64,000 nt of DNA, taken from positions 30,414 to 94,413 of IMG/VR virus record IMGVR_UViG_3300037264_000690. One strand, 5' to 3'. Source of the stretch: a virus. Of this stretch, positions 44,526 through 54,692 are shown piece by piece. A model generated the notes under the pieces. The model worked only from the letters and a program-made list of their open reading frames with translations, made no database searches and was not told the origin of the DNA. The translations under genes were made by a program, and so were the position numbers. Position 1 is the stretch's first letter. Each line of letters begins with the position of its first letter.

Positions 44526-47294
44526 ATGGCGGTTCTCACCCAAGCAGCGATCTGGACGGAGTTCAACACGGTCATCCCGGCCGAAGTGAAGCAGTATCTA
44601 CGTGCGCATATCGTTGGCCCGCAGGGCGAGCTTCATCGTTACTCCGATCCAGACGAAAAAGTTGACATTGCAGTTGGTCCGTATGTTGACGCCATGCCAA
44701 CGACTTATCCATGGCCGGCTAAGGAAGCAGATTCTCTGGTGGACCTGGACTCTGTGGCAGTCTTCATTGACAACGCCCTATTGCGTTACTTCACCGATCC
44801 AGAGGGTGGCGGCTCTGGCACCATCACTCCGGTAGCGTTGTATTTGAACCGGATCATCACCAACGCTGCTTCTGGCTTCAAGGAGAATGGTGTCTTAGTC
44901 CGTGACCCGTTGCTTTTCGATCGCGACGTACAGATCGGCGATGTGGTTCACGTCAAGCATCTTACCAGTGAGTTGTGGACCACGGTTCGTAGCCTCATCG
45001 GCACAGTCATCCCGGCAACTATTGCTGCAGCTACGTTTGATCCGGCTAACCCAGCCACTCAGGGTTTCTCAGACACCAACCTGCAGACTGCAGGTCTGGT
45101 CAACGACGTCGCCGTGGTTGAAAATGGCGCCGCCTATAACGGTCTGGAGTCCGGCTTTATCAATGAGACCTACACGGTCCTTGTGGTGCAAGGCTCTGTT
45201 GGTGGTGATGCAACTACTGCCAAGGTCAATGTCACTGCTGGCTCTGGTACTGATAACGCTACCAACGTTGTTCCAGCTGCGTTCGGTGTGGACTTTGCCC
45301 TTGGCACACGTGGTGCCTTGATGCGATTCACCCACGTTGGTGATGACCTGGTGGTTGGTCAGACCTGGTTGATCACGATTGCCCAGGCGTTCACACGACC
45401 AATCCCAACCTCGGGTGGCACGTACACCGGTGCTGTGTCACAAACCTACATCATCGAGGTTATCGACGGTGGCTTATACACTGACGTAAGTAAGCCGAAG
45501 GTGGTCGTAACCAGTAACCTTGGTATCGACTCTAGCGGTCCAACCGATGTACCCGCTGCTGTCACCAACGTTATTGTGGGCACGTTTGGTGTGCTGATAC
45601 AGTTCACTGGCACTCAACTTCGCAAGGGCGATAAGTATTACATAGTGGTTACCGGCCCAGGTGTTGGTGCCTACAAGACCATTGAGCTCAACGATAACCT
45701 GCCAGCCCCATTGCTGGTGGCTCCGGACATGTTGCTGGAACTGCACATCAAGAAGAACTTGCCAGTGCCACAGCAGCGCGTCAGCTCGCCGCCGACGCTC
45801 AACTGGACAGCTAGTCAGGGTAACATCAACCTCAACTCCGGCATTGATGCCACAGACTCGACCCTCACCAATCTAGGTGTGGAGTTCTACGTCCCGGTGG
45901 TTAGCGGTCCGACCCCACCAATTGGTACGACGGTCTACATTAGCTACCGTGCCTGGTCAACTGCCTGGTGTGCTAAGGTCGGTGAACTATCTGACCCACT
46001 GCTGGTTGAAAGCGTGATAGGCACAGTGACACCAGAAAACCCGCTGGCCTACGCCGTCTTCAAGGCGTTGCTTAATGCGAACGGTCAGACGGTGAACTTC
46101 ACCGGCATTTGCGATCCGGACGACTTGGCTCTGTGGGAGGACGCTTTCACTATCCTCGAAGGTCTGAACATCTCCACGATCGTCCCGCTGACCTTCGATG
46201 CCGATGTTGGGTTGGCTTTGCAGGATCACGTTGACGCTCAGTCGCAAGATGAGGTTGGCAGCTGGAGGCACGGTTGGCTGACCCTCCAGGCCACTCAGAG
46301 CGTCGCGATAGTCGACGAAGACCTCAGTAGCGACGACAATGTGGTTCTGGCTACACTCGGTGATGATCCAGGCACTGCTGGCACTCAGTACACTTACTTC
46401 ACGGTAACAACTGGCAATGCCAAGTTCGTCACCAAAGGTGTGCGGCTTGGTGATAAGGTTCGCTACCTATTCACCGTCGATCTCTTCGGCAACCCAAGCT
46501 ACACCGAGTTCACGGTTGCTACAGTAGTCAACGAAGATACACTCATCGTCTCAGCTCCAGGCAACCCAATTGCTGTCGGCGTGGCTCAGAAACTAGAGGT
46601 CTGGCGTAATCAGACTTCAGCCGAGATGTCTGCACAGCTTGCAGCACAGGCAACCGCGATGCTGAACAAGCGGATGATTATGCTGTGGCCTGACCAGGTA
46701 GACGCCGCTGAGGGCTCTGCTCTGCCGGGCTACTTCCTGACGGCTGCTTTCGCTGGCTTCGTCAATGGCGTTGCCCCGCATCAGGGCATCGAGACTGTAC
46801 CGATCCTGGGCTTCACCGCTGTGCCTCGATCGACATCGTTCTTCAACAACGGCGACCTCAACACCCTAGCCGCTGGCGGTGTCTTCGTCGTTTCGCAGAG
46901 TGGCTCTGAGATCTTCGCCAAGTTCGCTCGAACGACCGATCAGAGCTCAGCGGATAACAAGTGGGAACTTGTCGTACGCAATGATGACGCCGTCCGCCGC
47001 GTGATCTATGGTCGAGTGGCTCGGTTCTTTGGTATCAGCAACCTGACCCAGGCTGCTCTGGTCATCATCCGCAGCGAAATCGAATCGGCTTTCTTCATGC
47101 TGGAGAGCGCGACCTATATCGATCGAATCGATCGCATGGTCCTCTCGCACAGTATCACGGACATTCGGGTTAGCACCACTTCGCCAGATACTATCGTCGT
47201 AGTGGCAGTTGCAGAGCGTCCGATTCCAATTGGTGCCTTACAGTTGGAGTTGATCTTCATACACCCGATTATTTCGATCACTACCCCGGTGTAA
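44526..47294 (+). CDS. contractile tail sheath protein
   Basis: 922 aa; C-terminal PGYF..AA.AG..PHQG....GF...LNTLAAGGV...RTTD; followed by tube gene and terminator. Confidence 0.8.
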   Translation: MAVLTQAAIWTEFNTVIPAEVKQYLRAHIVGPQGELHRYSDPDEKVDIAVGPYVDAMPTTYPWPAKEADSLVDLDSVAVFIDNALLRYFTDPEGGGSGTITPVALYLNRIITNAASGFKENGVLVRDPLLFDRDVQIGDVVHVKHLTSELWTTVRSLIGTVIPATIAAATFDPANPATQGFSDTNLQTAGLVNDVAVVENGAAYNGLESGFINETYTVLVVQGSVGGDATTAKVNVTAGSGTDNATNVVPAAFGVDFALGTRGALMRFTHVGDDLVVGQTWLITIAQAFTRPIPTSGGTYTGAVSQTYIIEVIDGGLYTDVSKPKVVVTSNLGIDSSGPTDVPAAVTNVIVGTFGVLIQFTGTQLRKGDKYYIVVTGPGVGAYKTIELNDNLPAPLLVAPDMLLELHIKKNLPVPQQRVSSPPTLNWTASQGNINLNSGIDATDSTLTNLGVEFYVPVVSGPTPPIGTTVYISYRAWSTAWCAKVGELSDPLLVESVIGTVTPENPLAYAVFKALLNANGQTVNFTGICDPDDLALWEDAFTILEGLNISTIVPLTFDADVGLALQDHVDAQSQDEVGSWRHGWLTLQATQSVAIVDEDLSSDDNVVLATLGDDPGTAGTQYTYFTVTTGNAKFVTKGVRLGDKVRYLFTVDLFGNPSYTEFTVATVVNEDTLIVSAPGNPIAVGVAQKLEVWRNQTSAEMSAQLAAQATAMLNKRMIMLWPDQVDAAEGSALPGYFLTAAFAGFVNGVAPHQGIETVPILGFTAVPRSTSFFNNGDLNTLAAGGVFVVSQSGSEIFAKFARTTDQSSADNKWELVVRNDDAVRRVIYGRVARFFGISNLTQAALVIIRSEIESAFFMLESATYIDRIDRMVLSHSITDIRVSTTSPDTIVVVAVAERPIPIGALQLELIFIHPIISITTPV

Positions 47295-47345
47295 GTAGAA
47301 AACTACTGAGACGTAGCGACATGAAAACGTCAAGGAGGATTTTAG

Positions 47346-47804
47346 ATGGCTCTCGACATCTTTGGTCGCCTGCCAATGCAGTTTGGAGGCGCTTTTGCCG
47401 CTGACGCTGCCGTGGCTAGCTTTGGCGGTCTCGCCGGTGGTGGCGTCGGTCTGTTGTGTCAGCAGCTGCAGTTCTCGTACACACAGCGGATCACACGACT
47501 TTATGAAATCGGCTCACGATTCGTCTTCTACGTTGTGGGTCGTTCTCAGGGTGATGCAGCTGCTCAACGCGTACTTGGGCCGCGTCCGGTGTCGCTGGCC
47601 TTCTATCGACTCTATGGCAACCCATGTACGTCGGGCACCTTACTCTTCCAGGTTGGTGTAGGTTGCTTCCTCGGCGATATTACCGGCTCGTTGACGTTCT
47701 TGCTAACGGGTGTCATTCTCGTCAGCATTCAGATCTCGGTTCGAGCCGAAGACATGATTGTCGGAGAGGCCCTTCAGATGATGTACGTAGCTTTGGTTGT
47801 ATAA
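47346..47804 (+). CDS. tail tube protein
   Basis: 152 aa after the sheath; Q.QFSY.Q.I.RLYEIGS...Y.V.GR. Confidence 0.75.
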   Translation: MALDIFGRLPMQFGGAFAADAAVASFGGLAGGGVGLLCQQLQFSYTQRITRLYEIGSRFVFYVVGRSQGDAAAQRVLGPRPVSLAFYRLYGNPCTSGTLLFQVGVGCFLGDITGSLTFLLTGVILVSIQISVRAEDMIVGEALQMMYVALVV

Positions 47805-47826
47805 TCCGCCCGAAGCCTGGATAATG

Positions 47827-47869
47827 AAGGGCGATCCGCTCAGTCCCTCTGGGCGGGCCGCCTTTTGTT
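47827..47869 (+). terminator. terminator after sheath-tube
   Basis: AAGGGCG.TCCGCTCAG/CTGGGCGGG.CGCCTTT plus T-rich tail. Confidence 0.65.
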
Positions 47870-47885
47870 GTTATGAGACGAGAAC

Positions 47886-50800
47886 ATGCTCGGACACTTT
47901 GTCCCAATCCTGGAACTCTTCCGCGCGGATCGTCGAGCATTGGCGCTAGAGCGAGCGATGTTGATGGAGAACCCATCAACACGTGCTCAACTTGCCTCCT
48001 CTCGTGATTCCTATGGTGCCTTATCGTCACAGCGGACAGCTCTTGAACGTGAGCCGTTCTTGTGTCTGGGTCGTGTTGGCGACCCCATTGCATACACGCA
48101 CTTCTATAAGATTCGGCTGTACCGTCAGGGCGGTATCATCCCGGCTTGTATGGCGACTCAGACTTCACATGAAGTCACCGGTGCGCACCAACTCAACGTC
48201 CTGGTGCCTGGCACTCAAGTTATTGTCATGTGGGCACCGCACATGGCGTTCGGCATCATCCTGGGTGTTGTTCCAGACTTCATGCTGTCGCCGCGAGATG
48301 CCATGGGCGATCGCGTTGTGCAGGGCAGCAACGTCGGTCTGAATATTGATGCCTACCACAACTTCGCCTTCAGTTTAGTAATGGCTGGTGGCATCATCGA
48401 CTGGTCAGCTGGTCGACCTAACGACCAGATCACCACTGGCGAGTGGGGTGCTACTACTGAAACTGGCCTTATGTTCTTCTTGGACCCGTTCATGATGATG
48501 ATGCGGGTTGATGAAGAAACTGGCGTCTTCGGCTTCTACGATGATCAGTTGCTACGTGTCGCTGGACATAATCTTGAGATTCGCTCGTCTGGTTATGAGC
48601 GGACGGACGATGACGATGAGTGGGAGTTCAACCTAATCGAAGGTGTGGTCCCGGGATATCTGTGGGAGGGACGTGGTGCATTCGAGCGTGACCGGGTCAT
48701 CTATCGCACCTATAGCACTGAGGACGTGCAAGCCACTTTGCCATGGTACTCCGAGCATGAGCCTTTTGACGACCATCAACAGGCCATCCGTCGCTATCGG
48801 AAGTACATGGGCTATCTGGGACAGGGTTACAAACGAACCTTGTTCATCCTTCCAGAACCGGACTCGGCCGATCGCAATGAGGAGATTCCGAACCTTCTCA
48901 AGATCACCGACTTGATCAAGTTCCCCGGCGTGGCCGAAGAACAATGGGGCATGGATGGCCACATTAGTCAGCGGTCTGCTAAGGGCATCATCCTCTCGAA
49001 GCGCATCCTCATTCCGATGGCCAAGCGGACGAAGCTGGAGGAGGATACGGCTGGCGATACAGCAGCCAACTACAAGCAAGATGGTGTTTTCGGTGTCGGC
49101 GCAGCTCACCTAGTTGGCGATATTGCCTATCCAAACTGTGTTGGCACCAACCTGCTGCAAGCTGCTGCCTTCTTAGACCTGTACGCTCATGTCTTCAATT
49201 GGCGTGGCCTGCATCCGTTCCATTACCACGAGCTCGATTACTACATGCCGGAGGATGATGACTACTGGTTTGCCCCGGAGATGGTGCGCGGCAACCCGCC
49301 ATTCATTGACTGTCGTAGCCCAAGTCAGGGTATGCTGGCTCCAATGCCACTCATGTTCACCGTAGATGAGCGGTATGGTCAAGTCATGTACTTCCCTAAC
49401 AACAGCTACATCGCCATGATTGATGATGGTGGTGTGGTCATTGGCGATGGCTACGGTTCGGAAATCCGGCTTACTGCTGGCAACATATATGAGACTGCTG
49501 CTAATGACATCTACGCGCTCCCTGGTAAGAACTGGGCCTGTTGGGCTGGTCATGACTTTGTGGCTCGTGCCAACTGGAATGCTCATCTGGTTGCTAACCG
49601 TTGCAACGTTTTTATCAAGGCTGAGAACAAGACCTTGATCATGGGTGGCAACGATAAGTGCGGCGGTGTGCTTATCGAGAGCAAATCACCCAAGACACAG
49701 TTCGAAACAGAAACACCGCCGAATAGTCCACCAAAGTGCTCTATTTCTCAGTCGGGTGGCTTCCGTAACAGTGTCACTGCTACGTGTAATTGTGCTGCCT
49801 ATACGCCGCCAAACCTCAAGGACATCTTCAGGATTTGTGTTACGACTGGAGGCGCCTTCGGGGCTGCTATCGGTGATGTTGTATCTGCTAGTGGCAATCA
49901 TGATGCTGCTGGTGTTGGTCTAGGCGCGCTATTAGTGGTTGGTGGCTGCAATATCAACTTTGCCACTTTGGGTGATGACTTTGTGGTTGGACAGGAGTGG
50001 ACGCTGTCTGTCACCGTTGACTCTAATGACTTGAATGACGAGACTATCGCCGGCGTGATCTTACGAGCTAAAGAGTCAACGGTATTCACCTATGCTGCTA
50101 ACATCGAGAACCTGCTTTCGCATGACGGCATCGGTGGTCTGATGATCTACGATGCTGGCCGCAACGGCATGCATGTTATGCACGGTGGCAACCTGGTGCG
50201 GCATACTGAAAATCACATGGATGACATCTTCTGGACGACAACACCTCCGTCATTTGAAATCCTCTTTGAGTCTACGGGAGCAATTAAGGACGCCACGTAT
50301 TACTTTGGCCCATATTGCACGTACACGATCAGCTGCATCGCAGGCAACTACGATCAGCCACTCAATGCTGCTCGTGTCAGCGTTACTTCAACATGCGGTG
50401 ATAATGATGACAGTGTTGTCGTGGCGGTCCCACCGACATTGACAGCCATTGGCAATCGTGGCTTCCGCTGGACGCCAACAGCAGCAAACATAGTCCCCGG
50501 TGATTCGTGGGCGTATCTGCTGAAACAGGATTTCGAGCCATGTGTTAACCACTGGGATAAGAAAAGTGCGACACTCTGCCAGGAATTGTGTGCTAACAAC
50601 ATTGTGGCCGAATGCATCATGGCCTCGGATAACATCACCACTTTGAAGGCGTTCGTCGGTGATAATTACGCACAACTGACTGCTGAGGACGTGGCGATTA
50701 TCGAAGGTCAGCAGCTGGATTGTGCCAATATACGTGGAGCACACTTTACCTGGGCCTACTCAGCTCGACAAGATCTAACGATTATCAAGGACAGCACCAA

Positions 50801-51167
50801 GGTCACCAAGATGGAGTTCTTCTTTCCGTCGTCGTTCCAAAACTGCACTGAGCCACCCTGGAAGCTATATGAGTCGCGATGGCAGCAGATGGATCGTCAT
50901 CAGGGCGGTGCGGCTGTGCTGTGGACTGAGCACTACGTCACTGGCGCTGATGCTTCATGCTTCGTTACTGCTACCTTCCAGCCGTGGCCTGGCAAGTTTA
51001 GCTGGAGTATTTGGGAGACCTATTTCAAGGAAGACGTCGATCTGTTCAAATTGAATCAGAATCTGTTGTTGGATCGTGGTGGGGCACCATACGAAGCACC
51101 GGCCTACAACCCGCCGACTTCTAGCCCCTTCAACGGTCAGTGGCGTATCATTGAGAACACCTGTTGA
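47886..51167 (+). CDS. putative baseplate spike/hub protein (gp5/VgrG-like)
   Basis: OB-like N-terminus (PGTQVIV...GIILG), beta-helix-like DGYGSEIRL.AGNI segment; tail context. Confidence 0.45.
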   Translation: MLGHFVPILELFRADRRALALERAMLMENPSTRAQLASSRDSYGALSSQRTALEREPFLCLGRVGDPIAYTHFYKIRLYRQGGIIPACMATQTSHEVTGAHQLNVLVPGTQVIVMWAPHMAFGIILGVVPDFMLSPRDAMGDRVVQGSNVGLNIDAYHNFAFSLVMAGGIIDWSAGRPNDQITTGEWGATTETGLMFFLDPFMMMMRVDEETGVFGFYDDQLLRVAGHNLEIRSSGYERTDDDDEWEFNLIEGVVPGYLWEGRGAFERDRVIYRTYSTEDVQATLPWYSEHEPFDDHQQAIRRYRKYMGYLGQGYKRTLFILPEPDSADRNEEIPNLLKITDLIKFPGVAEEQWGMDGHISQRSAKGIILSKRILIPMAKRTKLEEDTAGDTAANYKQDGVFGVGAAHLVGDIAYPNCVGTNLLQAAAFLDLYAHVFNWRGLHPFHYHELDYYMPEDDDYWFAPEMVRGNPPFIDCRSPSQGMLAPMPLMFTVDERYGQVMYFPNNSYIAMIDDGGVVIGDGYGSEIRLTAGNIYETAANDIYALPGKNWACWAGHDFVARANWNAHLVANRCNVFIKAENKTLIMGGNDKCGGVLIESKSPKTQFETETPPNSPPKCSISQSGGFRNSVTATCNCAAYTPPNLKDIFRICVTTGGAFGAAIGDVVSASGNHDAAGVGLGALLVVGGCNINFATLGDDFVVGQEWTLSVTVDSNDLNDETIAGVILRAKESTVFTYAANIENLLSHDGIGGLMIYDAGRNGMHVMHGGNLVRHTENHMDDIFWTTTPPSFEILFESTGAIKDATYYFGPYCTYTISCIAGNYDQPLNAARVSVTSTCGDNDDSVVVAVPPTLTAIGNRGFRWTPTAANIVPGDSWAYLLKQDFEPCVNHWDKKSATLCQELCANNIVAECIMASDNITTLKAFVGDNYAQLTAEDVAIIEGQQLDCANIRGAHFTWAYSARQDLTIIKDSTKVTKMEFFFPSSFQNCTEPPWKLYESRWQQMDRHQGGAAVLWTEHYVTGADASCFVTATFQPWPGKFSWSIWETYFKEDVDLFKLNQNLLLDRGGAPYEAPAYNPPTSSPFNGQWRIIENTC

Positions 51168-51178
51168 AAGGTAGAATC

Positions 51179-52351
51179 ATGGCAAAGTCCATTGGATTGA
51201 CTGAGGAACACACGAAGCAGCTGCCGGCTCGACACCCCGTACTCAGGCCACGTCAGATCAAAGGCGTGGCCGGCGTTTCGGGCACGATCCCGCTGCAACC
51301 TGGTGAGATCATCCTCTCGGAGTACGAGAAGAAGAAGCTGGCCAAGTTCGGCTGGAAGGAGGGCGATCCACTGCCAGGTAACATCGCCGATTTGATGGTT
51401 AAGGCCAAGCAGGAAGTCGCGGATGATATTCGCACTGCGCAACCGTTCAAGAACCGGCCGATTTTCAAGGCGCCAGAGCCGATCGACATTAACGATCTAA
51501 CCGACGATAAGCGTGCGGAGCTGCAGGCTCACCTGGCGAAGTTCAAGGAGCTAGCACCGAAGATTGAGGCAGCTGCAAGAAGCCAGGAGCACATGGCCGC
51601 CTTACCGCCTGAGATTCAGAAGGCGATACGTGATGCTGGTGGTGTTGAGGTTGTCGATAGTCGCGGTGAGCAATCCGACGATCCGGTTAAGGCGATGCAG
51701 CGTAAGATCGACGAAGCGGAGGGGCGTGTTGAGCCTGGTGATAGCGGCACTGGCCTTGAAGACGAGGATGAGCAGAGCAAGGAGAAGGTAGAGTCGCAGA
51801 CTGGGCTCACTAGTGAGCATATTAGCTGCCCTCGCTGCAACTGGACGCTAGCTGCCAAGCCAAACGAGCCATCACAAGCGGACAAGCTGAACTATGTCGC
51901 TGGCCTTCTCGGTGACAAGCTATTTGAGAAGGGCTACAGCCTATATGGCGGCAAGCTGCAGATCAACTTCCGACAACTCACAACCGAACGATCGGACATG
52001 ATTTTCTATCAGGTTGCCCACGAGATTCGTGCAGGCATTCTTGGTGAAGACACCTATCGTAAGGTGATGCTTTACCGAATGGTCTTGTCCATCGACACCC
52101 TCGCGTTGGGCGACAAGGAACCAATTGCTATTGGTAACGCTGTTGATGTCTTCATGGAAGAAGATAACAGCGAAATCAAGCCATATGACATGCTGCCTCT
52201 GGTTCTCAACCGGCTGCAGAAGACTGAGCCGCTCAAGAATGAGTCGGTGTGGCGTGCTTGTCGAGAGTCATTTGAGCGATTTAACACTCTGCTTGATGAT
52301 CTAGACGCGAGGGCCGACAACCCGGATTTTTGGAACGCGATCGAGAGCTAA
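51179..52351 (+). CDS. tail assembly chaperone (G-like)
   Basis: position before tape measure; ends NPDFW at the slippery site GGATTTT. Confidence 0.55.
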   Translation: MAKSIGLTEEHTKQLPARHPVLRPRQIKGVAGVSGTIPLQPGEIILSEYEKKKLAKFGWKEGDPLPGNIADLMVKAKQEVADDIRTAQPFKNRPIFKAPEPIDINDLTDDKRAELQAHLAKFKELAPKIEAAARSQEHMAALPPEIQKAIRDAGGVEVVDSRGEQSDDPVKAMQRKIDEAEGRVEPGDSGTGLEDEDEQSKEKVESQTGLTSEHISCPRCNWTLAAKPNEPSQADKLNYVAGLLGDKLFEKGYSLYGGKLQINFRQLTTERSDMIFYQVAHEIRAGILGEDTYRKVMLYRMVLSIDTLALGDKEPIAIGNAVDVFMEEDNSEIKPYDMLPLVLNRLQKTEPLKNESVWRACRESFERFNTLLDDLDARADNPDFWNAIES

Positions 52352-52779
52352 GCCTTCTGAGACAGGCCCATTTTGAGGGCCTCCTGGATTGCCGGGAGGC
52401 CCGACTCTCTGATCGCAGATGGTGGCGTAAAGCACGTTGGGCAATGGATTGGGCGGAGAAGCGCAACCGTAACGAGGTGCGACGCTTATACCACGAGCAT
52501 AACGTCGCCATGCTTGACTACTTCACCGGTGAACGAGCCATGGACTTGCACTGGGAGCAGTCTCTTCAAATTCAGAATCGCTTTGCCAAGGCGATCATTC
52601 CTTGGGAGAAGTATGGAAAACAGAAGTTCTCGCGGAGTCGATTCAACGATATGGTACGGCTGTGGGAGACTGTCTTTGGCAAGCTGGCTGATCCTGAAAC
52701 GCAGAAGCGTATTGAACATACAGCTCAACAACTCAGCGAAATAGCCGACAGAGCAATAAATGGAGTTCGTCATGGCTGA
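52324..52779 (+). CDS. tail assembly chaperone T-like frame, probably reached by -1 frameshift
   Basis: -1 frame is open from G GAT TTT (52324-52330); no good RBS for TTG 52330. Confidence 0.55.
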   Translation, partial: GFLERDRELSLLRQAHFEGLLDCREARLSDRRWWRKARWAMDWAEKRNRNEVRRLYHEHNVAMLDYFTGERAMDLHWEQSLQIQNRFAKAIIPWEKYGKQKFSRSRFNDMVRLWETVFGKLADPETQKRIEHTAQQLSEIADRAINGVRHG

Positions 52780-54217
52780 GCCCAACCAACGTAAACCGAG
52801 CAACCCGTTCGTTGGCGATATGGCTAAGTTCCAGGCGCCGGAGTTTGCCGGTGCGCGCGAAGCTGCGCGTGGTATTGCAGTTGGCGCTGGCGGTGCTGGC
52901 AGCGATAGTAACGTTGCCAGTGTCATGGGTCAGTTTCAGCAAGTTGGTGGTGGGGCATCCGGAGCGCAGGGCATGGAAATGCTCATGCGGACGACACAAA
53001 ACCTGGCACAACGAAATGGCATGACCTACAACGAGATGATTCAGATGGGTCGTGCTGGTGGGCAGGTTGGTGGTCAGATGGGCTTTGATCCACGTATTGG
53101 TATGGCAACGGCTATTCAGGCTGCTGGGTTCGGGCAGGCATATCAGGAGCGTGGCGGGCAATCATCACTGGCTCCAGCACAGGCACGTCAGTTGGACCAA
53201 GAGCTGCGACTATCTGCTGCACGTTCACCTATGGCCAATATGCTTGGTGCAGCTATGGCCATGTCTGAGACTGGTATGTTCAAAGGTAAAGGCGGTGCTC
53301 TGGGTGCATTGAGCGGCAACGACCCCGCTAAGCGACAGGAGGCATTGTCACAACTCGCTCGGTTAAACCCAGCACAGTTCGTTGACACCATGCGGCAGGC
53401 TGGTATCAACCCAGAGACAGCTTCGCAGTTCCTCGGGGCTCAGAATGCCAACCGCGATCAGATTGCTCGCCATGGCATCCAGGACATAGTTCGATCGCAT
53501 CAAGGTGCAGAAGTTCGTGGCATGATGGCTGAGGAGATGAGTGGTGCGTTCACCGGTGCTTTGCGACAAGCGGGTGTTCGTGATTCACGAGCACGTCGTG
53601 ATATGTCCATGTCTGCTGGCGACGCGATTCAGCAAGAGATGGCTGCGATGGCCGCTGACCCTAAATCTCGCAATCTCAGTACGGAGCAACGTAACCAGCG
53701 TCTTGCTGCTGCTGCGAATAAAGCCCTTAGTGGTTCGGGCTTGAACCAAGAGCAAGTCGGACAGTTGACGGCTGGTGCAGTTCGGAGCATGGAGGAACGG
53801 GTTCGTGCTGATCCTGACCTACGTCGCTTTGGTGATGTGCAGGGTCTGCTCAACATGAATCGTGGAGACGTCCTTCAGCAAGGTGCTGCTAATGCAGCTC
53901 AAGCAGAGGCACATGCTAAGGCCAATCTGGGTAAGGCCGGTCCACAACAAGGACCACAAAGAGCTGCACCGAACGCCGGTGGCGGTGGACCACCTATGAA
54001 CCATGAACAGAATGAACTGGTCAAACTACACAACGAACAGAAAGCTGCTGACCGAGCACAGGAGGCAGTCGGTGATCAGCGTGGCGGTAAAGGTGGTGCT
54101 GGCAATCAACAGGGTGGAGGTGGGCAGCAGACAGTTCGTATTGTCGGCACCTTAAACGTTCGTGCGGACGGTTCCGGTCAGCTCGACGATGCCACAGGTG
54201 TACCAGTCAACGAGTGA
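52772..54217 (+). CDS. putative tape measure protein (short, ~481 aa)
   Basis: Ala/Gly/Gln/Met-rich helical protein right after the chaperone pair. Confidence 0.6.
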   Translation: MAEPNQRKPSNPFVGDMAKFQAPEFAGAREAARGIAVGAGGAGSDSNVASVMGQFQQVGGGASGAQGMEMLMRTTQNLAQRNGMTYNEMIQMGRAGGQVGGQMGFDPRIGMATAIQAAGFGQAYQERGGQSSLAPAQARQLDQELRLSAARSPMANMLGAAMAMSETGMFKGKGGALGALSGNDPAKRQEALSQLARLNPAQFVDTMRQAGINPETASQFLGAQNANRDQIARHGIQDIVRSHQGAEVRGMMAEEMSGAFTGALRQAGVRDSRARRDMSMSAGDAIQQEMAAMAADPKSRNLSTEQRNQRLAAAANKALSGSGLNQEQVGQLTAGAVRSMEERVRADPDLRRFGDVQGLLNMNRGDVLQQGAANAAQAEAHAKANLGKAGPQQGPQRAAPNAGGGGPPMNHEQNELVKLHNEQKAADRAQEAVGDQRGGKGGAGNQQGGGGQQTVRIVGTLNVRADGSGQLDDATGVPVNE

Positions 54218-54224
54218 GGTGGAT

Positions 54225-54692
54225 ATGGACATCTTCCGTCACAGCCGTGGTCGTGTAGTGGCTCACGATGAGCCGAGTGGCATCCCCATGCAGCTCTTGC
54301 TAGAGGGTTGGGGTGGATTCTTCGGTTTCAAGTCGATCATCACTAGCATGAAGCTGGAGGCCACCGGTGGTGTGCAGTTCCTGCATACACTGCGTGACTT
54401 CATCTACATCTACGTGTTCGGTGACCGAATCAGCTCGATGCAGATATCAGGACTATCTTTCTGGGATAGGTGCGATGCGCCTAACTACCATGGCATTGAG
54501 TATGTCAACGCCTACTACCTGAATAACCGCGTTAGCCAGAGGGCTACACCTGTTACGATGGTGATTGGAATTGGTACCCCGTTCTTTGGGTTCCTGATCA
54601 GGCTTTTCTTTGACTACAACGACCCAGAGCAACAGATCGCCCAGTTCACACTAGACTTCCGTGTCATTCCTGAAGCGAGCGCACTAGGATGA
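54225..54692 (+). CDS. tube-like baseplate/tail initiator protein
   Basis: GAGGT RBS; QF..TL..FIY.YVFGDR.....ISG; follows tape measure. Confidence 0.55.
   Translation: MDIFRHSRGRVVAHDEPSGIPMQLLLEGWGGFFGFKSIITSMKLEATGGVQFLHTLRDFIYIYVFGDRISSMQISGLSFWDRCDAPNYHGIEYVNAYYLNNRVSQRATPVTMVIGIGTPFFGFLIRLFFDYNDPEQQIAQFTLDFRVIPEASALG

Noticed and set aside
51172-51177. TAGAAT as promoter for the chaperone gene
   Set aside because: Only 1 nt before the ATG, so the transcript would start inside the gene; the adjacent GAAAGG is better read as the RBS
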